Positions 45,736-57,439 are shown, counted from the stretch's first letter. The stretch is 64,000 bases of DNA from Candidatus Ancaeobacter aquaticus (GCA_030765405.1 JAVCCP010000056.1:1-64000); one strand, 5' to 3'. Notes: generated from the letters alone by a model not told the origin. Numbers and translations: made by a program.

Positions 45736-46695
45736 ATGAAAGTACTTATTACCGGCGGGACAGGGTTTTTAGGGTCACATTTAATGGATCGTTTCTTAGA
45801 AAGAGGCGATGAAGTATATATTATTGATACAGGTTCAGATTTTAAAATTCGCCATGCAATAGATAACCCAAATCTTCATTATATTCATGAAAGCATTTTT
45901 AATACGGTTATCTTGGATTCACTGATTATGAAAGTTGATCTGATATATCATATGGCTGCTGTTGTTGGGGTTGAGCATTATGTTGAAGACCCCTATAAAG
46001 TGTTGAATGTAAACGTTAATGGGACTCAGCGTGTTCTTGAAGCTGCGTTCAAGTACGGCAAAAAAGTGGTATTTACATCTACTTCTGAGGTATATGGCAG
46101 AAATCCTGATATTCCGTTTAAGGAAGATGATGACAGGGTATTGGGGTCTACACGTATTGACAGATGGTGCTATTCAACATCTAAAGCATGTGGTGAACAT
46201 TTTTGTTTTGCGTTTCAAAAGATGGGACTTCCAGTTGTAGTACTCAGGTATTTTAATGCCTACGGCCCGCGGCTTGACAAGCTTGATGTTGGACGAGTTA
46301 TAACCATCTTTTTGGGCCAGATAATTAGAAAAGAACCGATAACGGTTGTAGGTGATGGCATGCAAACACGGTGCTTTAGCTACGTCTCAGATGCTACTGA
46401 TGCAACATTTAATGCAGGCATAAAAGATGAAGCAGTTGGAAATATTATTAATATCGGCAACGACAAGGAATATACTATTTTGCATCTTGCTGAAACTATG
46501 AAAAAAGTCTGTAACGTGGACAATAAAATTGAATTTGTTCCACAAGAAAAGATATATGGGACAAGTTATGAAGATGTTCCGCGACGTGTTCCAAATATTA
46601 CATTACAAAAAGAAATCCTGGGAGTTACCCCTAAAGTCAGTTTAGAGGATGGATTAACCAAAACTGTTCAGTGGTTTTACGAGAATCTTAAGTAA
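45736..46695 (+). CDS. NAD-dependent epimerase/decarboxylase (ArnA C-terminal/UXS-like)
   Basis: GGTGFLG, STSEVYG, YSTSK, RYFNAYGP. Confidence 0.85.
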   Translation: MKVLITGGTGFLGSHLMDRFLERGDEVYIIDTGSDFKIRHAIDNPNLHYIHESIFNTVILDSLIMKVDLIYHMAAVVGVEHYVEDPYKVLNVNVNGTQRVLEAAFKYGKKVVFTSTSEVYGRNPDIPFKEDDDRVLGSTRIDRWCYSTSKACGEHFCFAFQKMGLPVVVLRYFNAYGPRLDKLDVGRVITIFLGQIIRKEPITVVGDGMQTRCFSYVSDATDATFNAGIKDEAVGNIINIGNDKEYTILHLAETMKKVCNVDNKIEFVPQEKIYGTSYEDVPRRVPNITLQKEILGVTPKVSLEDGLTKTVQWFYENLK

Positions 46696-47597
46696 TGAAA
46701 ACACTGTGTATAAAGGTTGATGTCGACACCGCAAAAGGCATGGCCCGTGGCGTTCCCGTACTGATCGATATTTTTGGAAGGCTCTCATGTAAAGCTACTT
46801 TTTATATTGCACTTGGTCCGGATAATTCCGGAAAAGCAATTCGCCGTGTGTTTACCAGAAAAGGTTTCTTGAAGAAGATGTTACGAACCCGTGCAGCGTC
46901 AGTATACGGGTTTCCTACGATATTGTATGGCACCATACTTCCCGCCCCGCTTATTGCAGAAAAGAATAAGGAGATCTTTAGCCTCTTGAGAGAGAGTGGG
47001 CAGGAGATCGGTATTCATGGATATGATCATGTAAAGTGGCATGATAAGTTAGACTGCATGACAGAAGAAGAGATTGCTGAAGAGCTTGAAAAGGCATCAC
47101 AAACGTTCCAAGACTGTACCGGACAAGCGGCTTTGACATTTGCTGCTCCCGGATGGAGCTGGAATGAAAAAGCACAAAGCGAAATTGATAAGCTGGGTAT
47201 TACCTATACAAGCAATACAAGAGGGCGATATCCCTTTTTTCCTGTGTATGGGGATAAGAAATATAAAGCCCTTGAAATACCAACAACACTTCCCACTCTC
47301 GATGAGATTATGGGAGAATCAGTTAAAGATATCAGTGAACTATCGCGGTATTATTTGAATCTTATACATGACCAGGGAGAATCTGTTTTAACTATTCACG
47401 CAGAATTAGAGGGTATGGTCTATAGTGAGTGGTTTAGTTCTTTTATGACAATGCTGCAAAAAGAAAAAATTCAAGTGTTGTCACTAGGAGAATATGCTGC
47501 GCAGAAATTGAATGAAGCGGGTAATATTTCTTCAGGAAAAATATGCAAAAAGATTATTGAGGGAAGAGCGGGATATGTTGCTTCCCAAAAGGGCTAG
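46695..47597 (+). CDS. arnD: 4-deoxy-4-formamido-L-arabinose-phosphoundecaprenol deformylase-like polysaccharide deacetylase
   Basis: KVDVDT..G, GPDNSG, GIHGYDH..W, EIPTTLPTLDE, TIHAELEG. Confidence 0.85.
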   Translation: MKTLCIKVDVDTAKGMARGVPVLIDIFGRLSCKATFYIALGPDNSGKAIRRVFTRKGFLKKMLRTRAASVYGFPTILYGTILPAPLIAEKNKEIFSLLRESGQEIGIHGYDHVKWHDKLDCMTEEEIAEELEKASQTFQDCTGQAALTFAAPGWSWNEKAQSEIDKLGITYTSNTRGRYPFFPVYGDKKYKALEIPTTLPTLDEIMGESVKDISELSRYYLNLIHDQGESVLTIHAELEGMVYSEWFSSFMTMLQKEKIQVLSLGEYAAQKLNEAGNISSGKICKKIIEGRAGYVASQKG

Positions 47598-47604
47598 AAT
47601 TTCG

Positions 47605-47633
47605 TTGACTTTATTATTAGTCGATTATATTAT
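47605..47633 (+). promoter_or_regulatory. Putative sigma70 promoter of tRNA-Phe
   Basis: TTGACT-17 bp-TATTAT, about 20 bp upstream of the tRNA. Confidence 0.55.
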
Positions 47634-47653
47634 TCAACTCCTAAGGAATTTCT

Positions 47654-47726
47654 GGCGAGATAGCTCAGTCGGTAGAGCGAGGGACTGAAAATCCCTGCGT
47701 CCACAGTTCAATTCTGTGTCTCGCCA
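47654..47726 (+). tRNA. tRNA-Phe (GAA)
   Basis: Acceptor GGCGAGA/TCTCGCC, D-arm AGCTCAGTCGGTAGAGC, anticodon arm AGGGA-CTGAAAA-TCCCT, T-arm CACAG-TTCAATT-CTGTG; CCA not encoded. Confidence 0.95.
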
Positions 47727-47732
47727 TTTACT

Positions 47733-47767
47733 GTGCCAGGCATTGTATGTCTGGCACTTTTTTTTCT
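47733..47767 (+). terminator. Rho-independent terminator after the tRNA
   Basis: GTGCCAG/CTGGCAC stem followed by a T-run. Confidence 0.8.
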
Positions 47768-47984
47768 GTCTCAAACTGTGACATTATTACACAGTTAGCC
47801 CAGTAGTATGCCCGGCAGGAGAGAAATAAAATCCGGGTGAAATGATGCATAAGACTCTTTATATAAGTAGTATAGAGTGATATTTTCTTAAGTTATATCA
47901 ATCTGGTATACAAATTGCATTCATAAGTAACCCTGTTTTATTGTAATGCGGATTTTCATGAATTGTATAGTGAAAGGAGGTTTT

Positions 47985-48275
47985 ATGAAAATTAGACCGC
48001 TAGGAGATCGTGTATTGGTGAAGAGGCTTGAAGCTGAGTCTCAAACAAAAGGTGGGATTATCATTCCTGATACAGCGAAAGAAAAACCACGCGAAGGTAA
48101 AGTAGTGAGTATTGGTGAAGGTAAAACTGATGAAAGTGGAAAAAAGATCCCTCTTTCAATCAAGGGTAATGATCGAATTCTTTTCAGCTCGTATGCTGGT
48201 ACCGAGGTAAAGATTGATGGTGAAGAATATTTGATCATGAGAGAAGAAGACGTATTAGGCGTTATTGAAGACTAA
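47985..48275 (+). CDS. groES: Co-chaperonin GroES
   Basis: [35 protein letters not shown] before ATG 47985. Confidence 0.97.
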   Translation: MKIRPLGDRVLVKRLEAESQTKGGIIIPDTAKEKPREGKVVSIGEGKTDESGKKIPLSIKGNDRILFSSYAGTEVKIDGEEYLIMREEDVLGVIED

Positions 48276-48278
48276 TAA

Positions 48279-49949
<1,671 letters not shown>

Positions 49950-50004
49950 ACCTATGATCGTGCATGTTCTTTCAATGATGAAGAACAGTTTATGATGTAA
50001 CAAA

Positions 50005-50055
50005 AAAACATATTTGCCAGTTACCAATAAGCCGGTGGCTGGCAAATACTGTTTT
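50005..50055. terminator. Terminator-like hairpin after groEL
   Basis: TATTTGCCAG/CTGGCAAATA stem flanked by A- and T-runs. Confidence 0.65.
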
Positions 50056-50072
50056 ATATGATGGGATAGAAA

Positions 50073-50477
50073 ATGAGTGCAGTTGATACAATTTTTAAAG
50101 ACAGGAAAGATTTTATTGAATTTTGCAAACCGTATGCGCCGGAAGCATTTTCTTTTGTGATGGCGGCATTAGAATATTGCCAGAAAGAGCTTTCCCAAAG
50201 GCGACATGTTTCGGGGAAAGAACTTCTTGATGGCATTTGCGACTACGGTATTAAAGAGTATGGCCCTATGGCGAAAGATGTTATCGAACATTGGGGAATC
50301 AATGCTTCAGGTGATTTTGGTGTTATTGTATTTAAGCTTATTGAGGTAAGGGTGTTATCGAAGTCTGATACGGATACATTAGAAGAGTTTAAAGATGTAT
50401 TTATGCTAGATGAAGTGTTCACAAACGACATTGCCGAAGTACAAAAAACGATTCAATCTACACATAAAAAAAAATAG
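50073..50477 (+). CDS. Minf_1886-like (Planctomycete/Verrucomicrobia-restricted) conserved protein
   Basis: Y..EA..FV..AL, RHVSG.ELL.G, YGPMA..V..HWG, DFG.IVF.L motifs. Confidence 0.75.
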   Translation: MSAVDTIFKDRKDFIEFCKPYAPEAFSFVMAALEYCQKELSQRRHVSGKELLDGICDYGIKEYGPMAKDVIEHWGINASGDFGVIVFKLIEVRVLSKSDTDTLEEFKDVFMLDEVFTNDIAEVQKTIQSTHKKK

Positions 50478-50565
50478 CGCACAACCTCGTCCTTCCCAAA
50501 CGGTATATTCTTCAATAATGAAATTTTACTGGGCAAAATAAGCGTTATGGTGTAAAATATCTGCC

Positions 50566-51006
50566 ATGACAATCCATAATAAAAGAATGGGTGAAATATT
50601 ACTTGATCGAAAACTCATTGATGAAGAGCAGCTTAATAAAGGGCTGAAACATCAAAAAGAGTCCGGAAAAATGATCGGGGAATCTCTTATAGATCTCGGT
50701 TTTATAGATGAAGAGAAGTTCGCTCAAGTTCTTGCTATACAATACGGTATGCCTTATATCAGTCTGAATAATTATCATTTTGACTCAGAATTAATTGCTC
50801 GTGTTCCACAGGCCTTTATTGAAAAACATCACATCATTCCTCTTGATAAAATCGGACATATAGTAACAGTAGCGATCTGCGATATATTATCACCGGAACA
50901 GGAAAAAGAACTCGAGAGCATTTATGAAGGTAAAGTCAGATGTTTTTTAACGAGTGTTTCGGATACAAAAGTTGCGTTTAAGAAAATAGTGAGAATAAAG
51001 AAGTAA
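50566..51006 (+). CDS. Stand-alone MshEN / T2SSE_N domain protein
   Basis: RMGEILL...I..EQL..GL..Q and IGESLIDLGFI, followed by T2SSE_N-like IIPLDK..VTVA. Confidence 0.8.
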   Translation: MTIHNKRMGEILLDRKLIDEEQLNKGLKHQKESGKMIGESLIDLGFIDEEKFAQVLAIQYGMPYISLNNYHFDSELIARVPQAFIEKHHIIPLDKIGHIVTVAICDILSPEQEKELESIYEGKVRCFLTSVSDTKVAFKKIVRIKK

Positions 51007-51120
51007 TCATTTGTGTAGCGCATGGCGTTTAGCGTATAGCGGATAGTTTTTTTAGAACCAAATACCGAGCCCCGAGCGCCATAAACTATAGCGTGTAATG
51101 ATTGGTGAATCGTGATTCGA

Positions 51121-51158
51121 CACCGCGTAGGTGGCACAAGGTGACTCCTACGCGGTGG
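51121..51158. repeat. REP-like hairpin (second copy of 156-191) within a TAGCG-rich intergenic tract
   Basis: CCGCGTAGGTGGCAC.A.GTGA.TCCTACGCGGTGG, 33/36 identical to 156-191. Confidence 0.8.
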
Positions 51159-51252
51159 GAGTCGGGGGTGCGTAGCGGAAGCGTTTAGATTTTGTTTTAT
51201 TCTTTAACTATCCGCTACCCGCTATATGAAAAGATAAGGGTACACGTCGTCT

Positions 51253-52956
51253 ATGAAATCTTTGAAAGAACGCCTCGTAGAGATACTACTGGACAGTAAT
51301 CTCATTACTAATGAAAAGCTAGAAGAAGCGTATGCGATTCAGAAGAAACAAGGTGGTAAATTACGCCAGGTACTTGTTGAAAATGGTTTTGTAAAAGAAA
51401 AAGATCTCATTGCTTCTCTTTCGGAGCATCTTATTATTCCTCCAATTGATCTTTCACGAGTACAAATAGATCAGGCCGTACTCGATATTATCCCCAAAGA
51501 TATTGCTTTTTTCTATCAGCTTATTCCCATCTCAAAAGTAGGGGAAAATTTGACCGTTGCTATGGCTGATCCGCTTAATGTATTTGCTATAGACGATATT
51601 AAAATCATGACCGGCTTTAAAGTGAATCCGGTTATTGCAGGGTCAAAAGACATTAATGAAGCGCTTACCAATTACTATCTCGTATCACCCAAAATGGAAT
51701 CTATATTAGAGGATACCGATACGGAGATCTCAAAAGTAGATATTAAGGAAGAAGAAGATATTAACGTCGACAAGATGATGGAAGCGGTTGAGGAAGCTCC
51801 GGTCATTAAGGCAGTAAACTATATGGTTATACAGGCGCTCAAGGATAAGGCAAGTGACATTCATCTGGAGCCGTTTAGGGATCTTGTTCGTTTGCGATCA
51901 CGCATTGACGGGATACTGTATGAAAAAGCAATTTTACCGAAAAAAATTCAAGCCGCGATGATATCTAGGGTAAAGATCATGGCAAACTTAGATATTACCG
52001 AGAAGCGTTTGCCGCAAGATGGACGGTTTCGTATCAAAGCGCAGGGAAGATATATTGACTTTCGTGTATCAACGCTTCCGTCAATTTTTGGAGAGAAAAT
52101 TGTTATACGAGTTTTAGATAAGGGCTCGCAAAAAATGGCGCTTGATAAACTGGGGTTCCACGACGAAGGACTGGAAGATTTCAAGGAAGCGCTGGTAAAT
52201 CCTTATGGGATGATACTGGTAACCGGTCCAACAGGAAGCGGTAAAACAACGACGTTGTATTCTGCCTTAAATGAGATTAATAAGCCGGAAGTGAATATTA
52301 TTACCGTTGAAGATCCCGTTGAGTATCAGCTTCCCGGCGTTAATCAGGTGCAAGTCAAACCAGATATTGGATTTACTTTTGCGAGTGCCTTGCGATCAAT
52401 ATTGCGACAGGATCCCAATATTGTGATGATAGGTGAAATTCGAGACCAGGAAACGGCTGATATTGCGATAAGAGCGGCGCTCACCGGGCACCTTGTATTA
52501 TCAACTTTACACACCAATGATGCCGCAAGTACAATCACACGGCTCAGCGATATGGGACTTGAGCCATTTTTGATATCTTCGTCGGTACTGCTTGTAGCGG
52601 CACAACGGTTGGTGAGAAAAATATGTCCCGCGTGCAAAAAGGAAATAGAGATTGCAGCCGCTGTGTTGGATGTCGCACAGATTTCACATGAGGGCGGGAA
52701 AAAACAGCAATTTTTTAAAGGCAAAGGATGTAGAAATTGTGGGGGGTCAGGATATGCCGGAAGAATGTCACTCATTGAGACACTTAAAGTGACCGATCCT
52801 ATCCGTGAGTTAATTGCAGAAAAAACATCCGCAAAAGCGATTAAAGATCAAGCGTGTAAAGATGGAATGAAAACGTTACGAATGGTAGGGCTTGATGCGG
52901 TACGAAAAGGGTTAACAACGGTTGAAGAAGTCTTAAGAGAAACATCAAAGGACTAA
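51253..52956 (+). CDS. pilB: Type IV pilus / T2SS assembly ATPase (PilB/GspE)
   Basis: ASDIHLEP, RLPQDGR, GPTGSGKT, EDPVE, LRQDPN, AALTGH, CPAC/CRNC Zn motif. Confidence 0.92.
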   Translation: MKSLKERLVEILLDSNLITNEKLEEAYAIQKKQGGKLRQVLVENGFVKEKDLIASLSEHLIIPPIDLSRVQIDQAVLDIIPKDIAFFYQLIPISKVGENLTVAMADPLNVFAIDDIKIMTGFKVNPVIAGSKDINEALTNYYLVSPKMESILEDTDTEISKVDIKEEEDINVDKMMEAVEEAPVIKAVNYMVIQALKDKASDIHLEPFRDLVRLRSRIDGILYEKAILPKKIQAAMISRVKIMANLDITEKRLPQDGRFRIKAQGRYIDFRVSTLPSIFGEKIVIRVLDKGSQKMALDKLGFHDEGLEDFKEALVNPYGMILVTGPTGSGKTTTLYSALNEINKPEVNIITVEDPVEYQLPGVNQVQVKPDIGFTFASALRSILRQDPNIVMIGEIRDQETADIAIRAALTGHLVLSTLHTNDAASTITRLSDMGLEPFLISSSVLLVAAQRLVRKICPACKKEIEIAAAVLDVAQISHEGGKKQQFFKGKGCRNCGGSGYAGRMSLIETLKVTDPIRELIAEKTSAKAIKDQACKDGMKTLRMVGLDAVRKGLTTVEEVLRETSKD

Positions 52957-52970
52957 TGTAAGGTGTATAT

Positions 52971-54170
52971 ATGCCATTATATGATTATAAAGCAAAAGAT
53001 AAGATAGGAAATGAGATTACAGGCACCATTGAATCTCAATCAGAAAAAACAGCGATAGATATTCTCCGGGACAAGAATATATTTGTCGTTACTATCTCGT
53101 CAGGGGACAAAAAGAGGCCTGTTAAAAGAGGAAAAAAAGTTAAGCGCGCAGATATTGTAACTTTTTCTCGTCAGCTTTCCACAATGGCAAATGCCGGACT
53201 TCCCATTCTTGAATCACTTAATATCCTGCATAACCAATCAGAGAATCAGGGTATGCAGGATATGTTGCAGGCGATTACGCGTAAAGTAGAGTCTGGATAC
53301 AGTTTGTCGGAAGCGTTTAGAATGCATGAGAAAGTGTTCGGGTCACTTTTTGTTAATATGGTTAATGCCGGTGAATCGAGCGGGAAATTACCGACGATAT
53401 TAAAGAGAGTTGCAAGCTATATGGAATCTGTTGATAAAATGAACCGTAAGATAAAATCAGCGATGATGTATCCAACGATCGTTACCGGGGCATGTCTTTG
53501 TATTACATTGTTTCTTATAATAAAAGTTATTCCGGTATTTGAGGAGATGTATGCGGATTTTGGGGGGACGCTGCCGGCTCCGACACAAGTACTGATCGCA
53601 TTCAGTAATTTCTTAAGAGAATGGTCTATTCTGTTTATCATCGGGGTAGTGGCCATTTTTTTTATAATGAGGAAATTGCTGCGGACAGAAATGGGACAAG
53701 TGGTGTTTGACACGTTTAAATTAAAGGTGCCGGTATTCGGTCTTTTGATAAAGAAAGTAGTCATATCGCGTTTTGCAAAGACGCTGTCGGTTTTGGTTGA
53801 GAGCGGCATACCAATTTTACAGGCATTAGATATTATTAAAGGCGTTGTTGGAAATAAAGTTGTTGAGGCTGCGGTTGATAAGACAACAAAAGCTGTGCGT
53901 GAAGGAGAAAGCATAGCCGTGCCCCTTTCAACGTGTCCGGTGTTTCCCATAATGGTTGTTAAGATGATAGAAGTCGGTGAGAAGACAGGTAACCTTGAAG
54001 AGATGTTAGAAAAAATGTCTGAATACTATGATGATGAAGTTGACGCGGCGGTAATGGGGCTTACCTCGATTATTGAGCCGCTTCTCATGGTTGTTCTTGG
54101 CGTTGTTATCGGTGGTATTGTGATCTGTATGTTCTTGCCAATATTTAAGATCTCCACAATGATTCACTGA
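52971..54170 (+). CDS. pilC: Type IV pilus inner-membrane platform protein (PilC/GspF)
   Basis: FSRQLSTM, GESSGKL, MMYP, IEPLLMVVLG. Confidence 0.92.
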   Translation: MPLYDYKAKDKIGNEITGTIESQSEKTAIDILRDKNIFVVTISSGDKKRPVKRGKKVKRADIVTFSRQLSTMANAGLPILESLNILHNQSENQGMQDMLQAITRKVESGYSLSEAFRMHEKVFGSLFVNMVNAGESSGKLPTILKRVASYMESVDKMNRKIKSAMMYPTIVTGACLCITLFLIIKVIPVFEEMYADFGGTLPAPTQVLIAFSNFLREWSILFIIGVVAIFFIMRKLLRTEMGQVVFDTFKLKVPVFGLLIKKVVISRFAKTLSVLVESGIPILQALDIIKGVVGNKVVEAAVDKTTKAVREGESIAVPLSTCPVFPIMVVKMIEVGEKTGNLEEMLEKMSEYYDDEVDAAVMGLTSIIEPLLMVVLGVVIGGIVICMFLPIFKISTMIH

Positions 54171-54186
54171 TAAGTGTTACTGAAAG

Positions 54187-55809
54187 GTGATGTTTTTAGG
54201 GGGCTGTATAAATACATCTATTGATAAAAAGCTTAGGAATATAAAAATACTTATAGCGGTACGGCTGCTTTTTATTACGGTAGCGTTATTACTTGCTGTT
54301 TTTCTTTTAAAAATCCAACCCGCACCTTTTTACTATGTTATAGCAATAGTCTATGTCCTTTCTTTTTTCTATCTTTTTCTGTTTGTTAAGAAAAAGTGGA
54401 CTTCTTTTGCGGTATATCTTCAGTTAGTCGTTGACGTGATTATTGAGACAGCACTTATACATTTTACCGGTGGAGTAGACAGTTTTTTTGCTTTCCTGTA
54501 CATTCCGACGATCGTGTGTGCGAGTTTTATGATGTCTGAACGGGGCGCGGGAATTATCACCGGTATTGTAATACTGTGCTATAGCTTTTTGGTTACCGGG
54601 GAATATTATCATGTTATTCCTACAAAGTTTTCCCCGTGGAGCTCGTATACGCAAGGCGGGCTTGTTGTTCTCTATGTTGTCTCGTTTCGTATGGTCATTC
54701 TTGGTTTTGCCGGTTATCTGAGTATTCACCTTAACAAACTGTTGAGCGATAGAACAAAAGAACTCTATCAGGTAAAAAATCTCAGCGAACGGGTTTTCGA
54801 GGCGATGTTTGGAGGAGTCATTACTGTTGATAAGAATGACACTATTCAATATGCGAATAGTTCCGCGGCAGAGATTTTACAGGTAACGATAGAATCAATA
54901 ATTGGTAAGGATTGGAGAGATATATTTAAAATTAGTGACGAGAAAATGTCACTAGATGAGCATGAATCATTATTCCAAATGAATGTACCGGTAACCGTCG
55001 GTGATACGGAATTAAAAGTTTTCAAAATACATATATCCTATCTCTATGATGAAAACAAACAGCATACGGGCAAAGTGATACTGTTTTCAGATGTTACGGA
55101 AGTATTAGAATTAAAAAGAAAAGTAAAGCAAAGTGAGAAATTGGTAATTATGGGTGAACTAGCAAGCGGTATGGCTCATGAGATCAGAAATCCATTAGCC
55201 TCAATTTGTGGTTCTATAGAGCTTCTCAAAGAACAGGATGCGTTCGATAATAAAAATGTCAATTTAGCAAATGTCATACTTAAAGAATCAGGACATTTAA
55301 ATAAGTTGATCGAAGAATTTCTGTATTATTCTAAAGGGAAACCTGAGAACGAACGAAACTGGAATTTAAACAGTATCGTATTTGATACGATTAATCTTAT
55401 AAGAATGTCTTTACAGTTGCCAACTAATATCCGTGTTGAGATTGAAACACAAGACGATACTATTACCGTGTTTGTAGATGCAGATCAGATTAAACAGGTG
55501 CTCATTAATTTGATCAATAATGCCGTTGATGTGTTCGTTGATTCCGGGGTAGTTACTATCCGTACAGCACTGATTCCAAAAGAAGGTAAAGTCTTTGCGC
55601 AGATAAAAGTAGAAGATAATGGTCCGGGAATATCAAAAGATGTTGCCGGAAGGATTTTTGATCCTTTTTACAGTACAAAGAAGAACGGGTACGGAATAGG
55701 TCTTGCGATTTGTCAGTCTATTATAGAACGCCATAACGGAAAAATCGAAGTGGAGAGTTTGTTAGGGCAAGGGACAATATTTACAATACTTTTACCTGTT
55801 GCAAAATAA
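54187..55809 (+). CDS. pilS: PilS-like membrane sensor kinase
   Basis: About 6 TM with HFTGG..S.F, a PAS domain, AHEIRNPL, GIGLAI. Confidence 0.8.
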   Translation: MMFLGGCINTSIDKKLRNIKILIAVRLLFITVALLLAVFLLKIQPAPFYYVIAIVYVLSFFYLFLFVKKKWTSFAVYLQLVVDVIIETALIHFTGGVDSFFAFLYIPTIVCASFMMSERGAGIITGIVILCYSFLVTGEYYHVIPTKFSPWSSYTQGGLVVLYVVSFRMVILGFAGYLSIHLNKLLSDRTKELYQVKNLSERVFEAMFGGVITVDKNDTIQYANSSAAEILQVTIESIIGKDWRDIFKISDEKMSLDEHESLFQMNVPVTVGDTELKVFKIHISYLYDENKQHTGKVILFSDVTEVLELKRKVKQSEKLVIMGELASGMAHEIRNPLASICGSIELLKEQDAFDNKNVNLANVILKESGHLNKLIEEFLYYSKGKPENERNWNLNSIVFDTINLIRMSLQLPTNIRVEIETQDDTITVFVDADQIKQVLINLINNAVDVFVDSGVVTIRTALIPKEGKVFAQIKVEDNGPGISKDVAGRIFDPFYSTKKNGYGIGLAICQSIIERHNGKIEVESLLGQGTIFTILLPVAK

Positions 55810-55817
55810 GGTTCTTA

Positions 55818-55982
55818 GGGGTTGTGAAATAATAATGTCCCTAATTGGGGGGCTTAGATTTGAGTCGTATGCAAGGCGTGACGACGCTGGCGTACCCTCT
55901 GCGGTACGTTAAGGAGGAGCAACGAAGCAGACGGCCAAAGATGAGTCTCCAAATTGTGTGGATATTATTTTGTCACAACCCC
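55818..55982. mobile_element. 165-bp MITE with 23-bp imperfect TIRs and TTA target-site duplication
   Basis: GGGGTTGTGAAATAATAATGTCC vs reverse complement GGGGTTGTGACAAAATAATATCC (20/23); TTA at 55815-55817 and 55983-55985. Confidence 0.75.
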
Positions 55983-56040
55983 TTAGTATAGTTATTATGC
56001 GGTTAATATGAGTAGCACAGAGAGATTTTATGGAGGAGTT

Positions 56041-57408
56041 ATGTCTGGAAGTAAAATACTGGTAGTTGATAATGATAAAAGCATGGTTGAAGTGATATCG
56101 GCAACCCTTGAGACAGAAGCATATGAAATATGTACGGCATATAGCGGTCATGATGCCATTGATAAAGTAAAAAAGGAACGACCTGAGCTGGTTGTCACTG
56201 ATCTTAAGATGACCGATATGAGCGGCATTGAAGTCTTAAAAGAAGTAAAAAAAATTGATCCGGAAATCGTTGTCGTTATTGTAACAGCATTTGCTTCAGT
56301 ACAGACAGCGTTAGACGCAATGAAGGAGGGTGCTCACGATTACGTAGTAAAACCATTTAAGCTTGATGAATTACGCCTTGTGGTAAAAAGGGGATTTGAT
56401 GTTAAAAAAATTAAAGAAGAAAATATTTATTTAAAGAAAGAGCTCAGAGAACGCTACAGTTTTAAAAATATTGTTGGAAAGAGTCCTGAGATTATGGATC
56501 TTTTTGATATGATAAAGAAGGTCTCTGATCTTGATACAACGGTACTGGTTGAAGGTGAAAGCGGCACGGGAAAAGAGTTGGTCGCGCGAGAAATACATTA
56601 CAATAGTGTCAGAAGTGATAAACCTTTTGTTGCAATAAATTGCGGGGCAATACCGGAAGGCATCCTTGAAAGCGAGTTGTTTGGACATGTTAAGGGCGCC
56701 TATACCGGTGCGGTGAGCACAAAACACGGTCTTTTCCAGGAAGCAAGCGAAGGAACACTTTTCTTAGATGAAATTGGGGGAATGAGTCAAGCAATACAGG
56801 TCAGTTTGCTGAGAGTGCTGCAAGACAAAGAAATAAGACCGGTAGGAGACTCAAAAAGCGTTAAAGTAAACGTACGTATTATAGCCGCAACGAATGAGGA
56901 TCTTTCAGAAAAAGTAAAGGCTGGTACGTTTAGAGAAGATTTGTTTTATCGTTTGAGCGTTATTCCTATTAATATTCCTCCGTTACGAGAGCGCAGAGAT
57001 GATATAGAGCTTTTGGTAAAACATATCATGGATAAAATCAATAGTGCCAGGAAAACCAATCTATCTATTCCTGACGAGACGTTGCAGGCTTTAAAGCGCT
57101 ATATTTGGCCGGGGAATGTACGGGAGCTTGAAAATGTTTTGGAACGGGCAATGTCTTTGTGTGATACAACAAGTATTGAGTTAAGTGATCTTCCCGATAC
57201 TATTCGTGCAGCAAAAGAGTTTACAGATGCTGACCATGAAGCAGATCCTTCACTGAATGAATATTTATCAACAGCCGAAAAAAAACATATTGAGAGTATC
57301 TTGATAGAAGTAAGCTGGAACAAGAAACTAGCTGTTGAATTATTGGGGATAAGTTTAGCGTCGCTATACAGGAAGATTGATGAGCTAGGTATATCAAGCA
57401 AGAAGTAA
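56041..57408 (+). CDS. pilR: Sigma54-dependent response regulator (PilR/NtrC family)
   Basis: REC domain, GESGTGKE, ESELFGHVKGAYTGA (GAFTGA variant), LDEI, DLFYRL, WPGNVRELEN, Fis HTH. ATG 56041 preferred (the track gives 56008). Confidence 0.88.
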   Translation: MSGSKILVVDNDKSMVEVISATLETEAYEICTAYSGHDAIDKVKKERPELVVTDLKMTDMSGIEVLKEVKKIDPEIVVVIVTAFASVQTALDAMKEGAHDYVVKPFKLDELRLVVKRGFDVKKIKEENIYLKKELRERYSFKNIVGKSPEIMDLFDMIKKVSDLDTTVLVEGESGTGKELVAREIHYNSVRSDKPFVAINCGAIPEGILESELFGHVKGAYTGAVSTKHGLFQEASEGTLFLDEIGGMSQAIQVSLLRVLQDKEIRPVGDSKSVKVNVRIIAATNEDLSEKVKAGTFREDLFYRLSVIPINIPPLRERRDDIELLVKHIMDKINSARKTNLSIPDETLQALKRYIWPGNVRELENVLERAMSLCDTTSIELSDLPDTIRAAKEFTDADHEADPSLNEYLSTAEKKHIESILIEVSWNKKLAVELLGISLASLYRKIDELGISSKK

Positions 57409-57439
57409 GCAAAGTGTGTATACGGAAACGGAAAAGGTG

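Noticed and set aside
47654..47726. tRNA-Phe as an island integration site
   Set aside because: No integrase is adjacent, and I found no duplicate of the tRNA 3' end in the window.
47760..47985. CIRCE element upstream of groES
   Set aside because: No TTAGCACTC-N9-GAGTGCTAA match.
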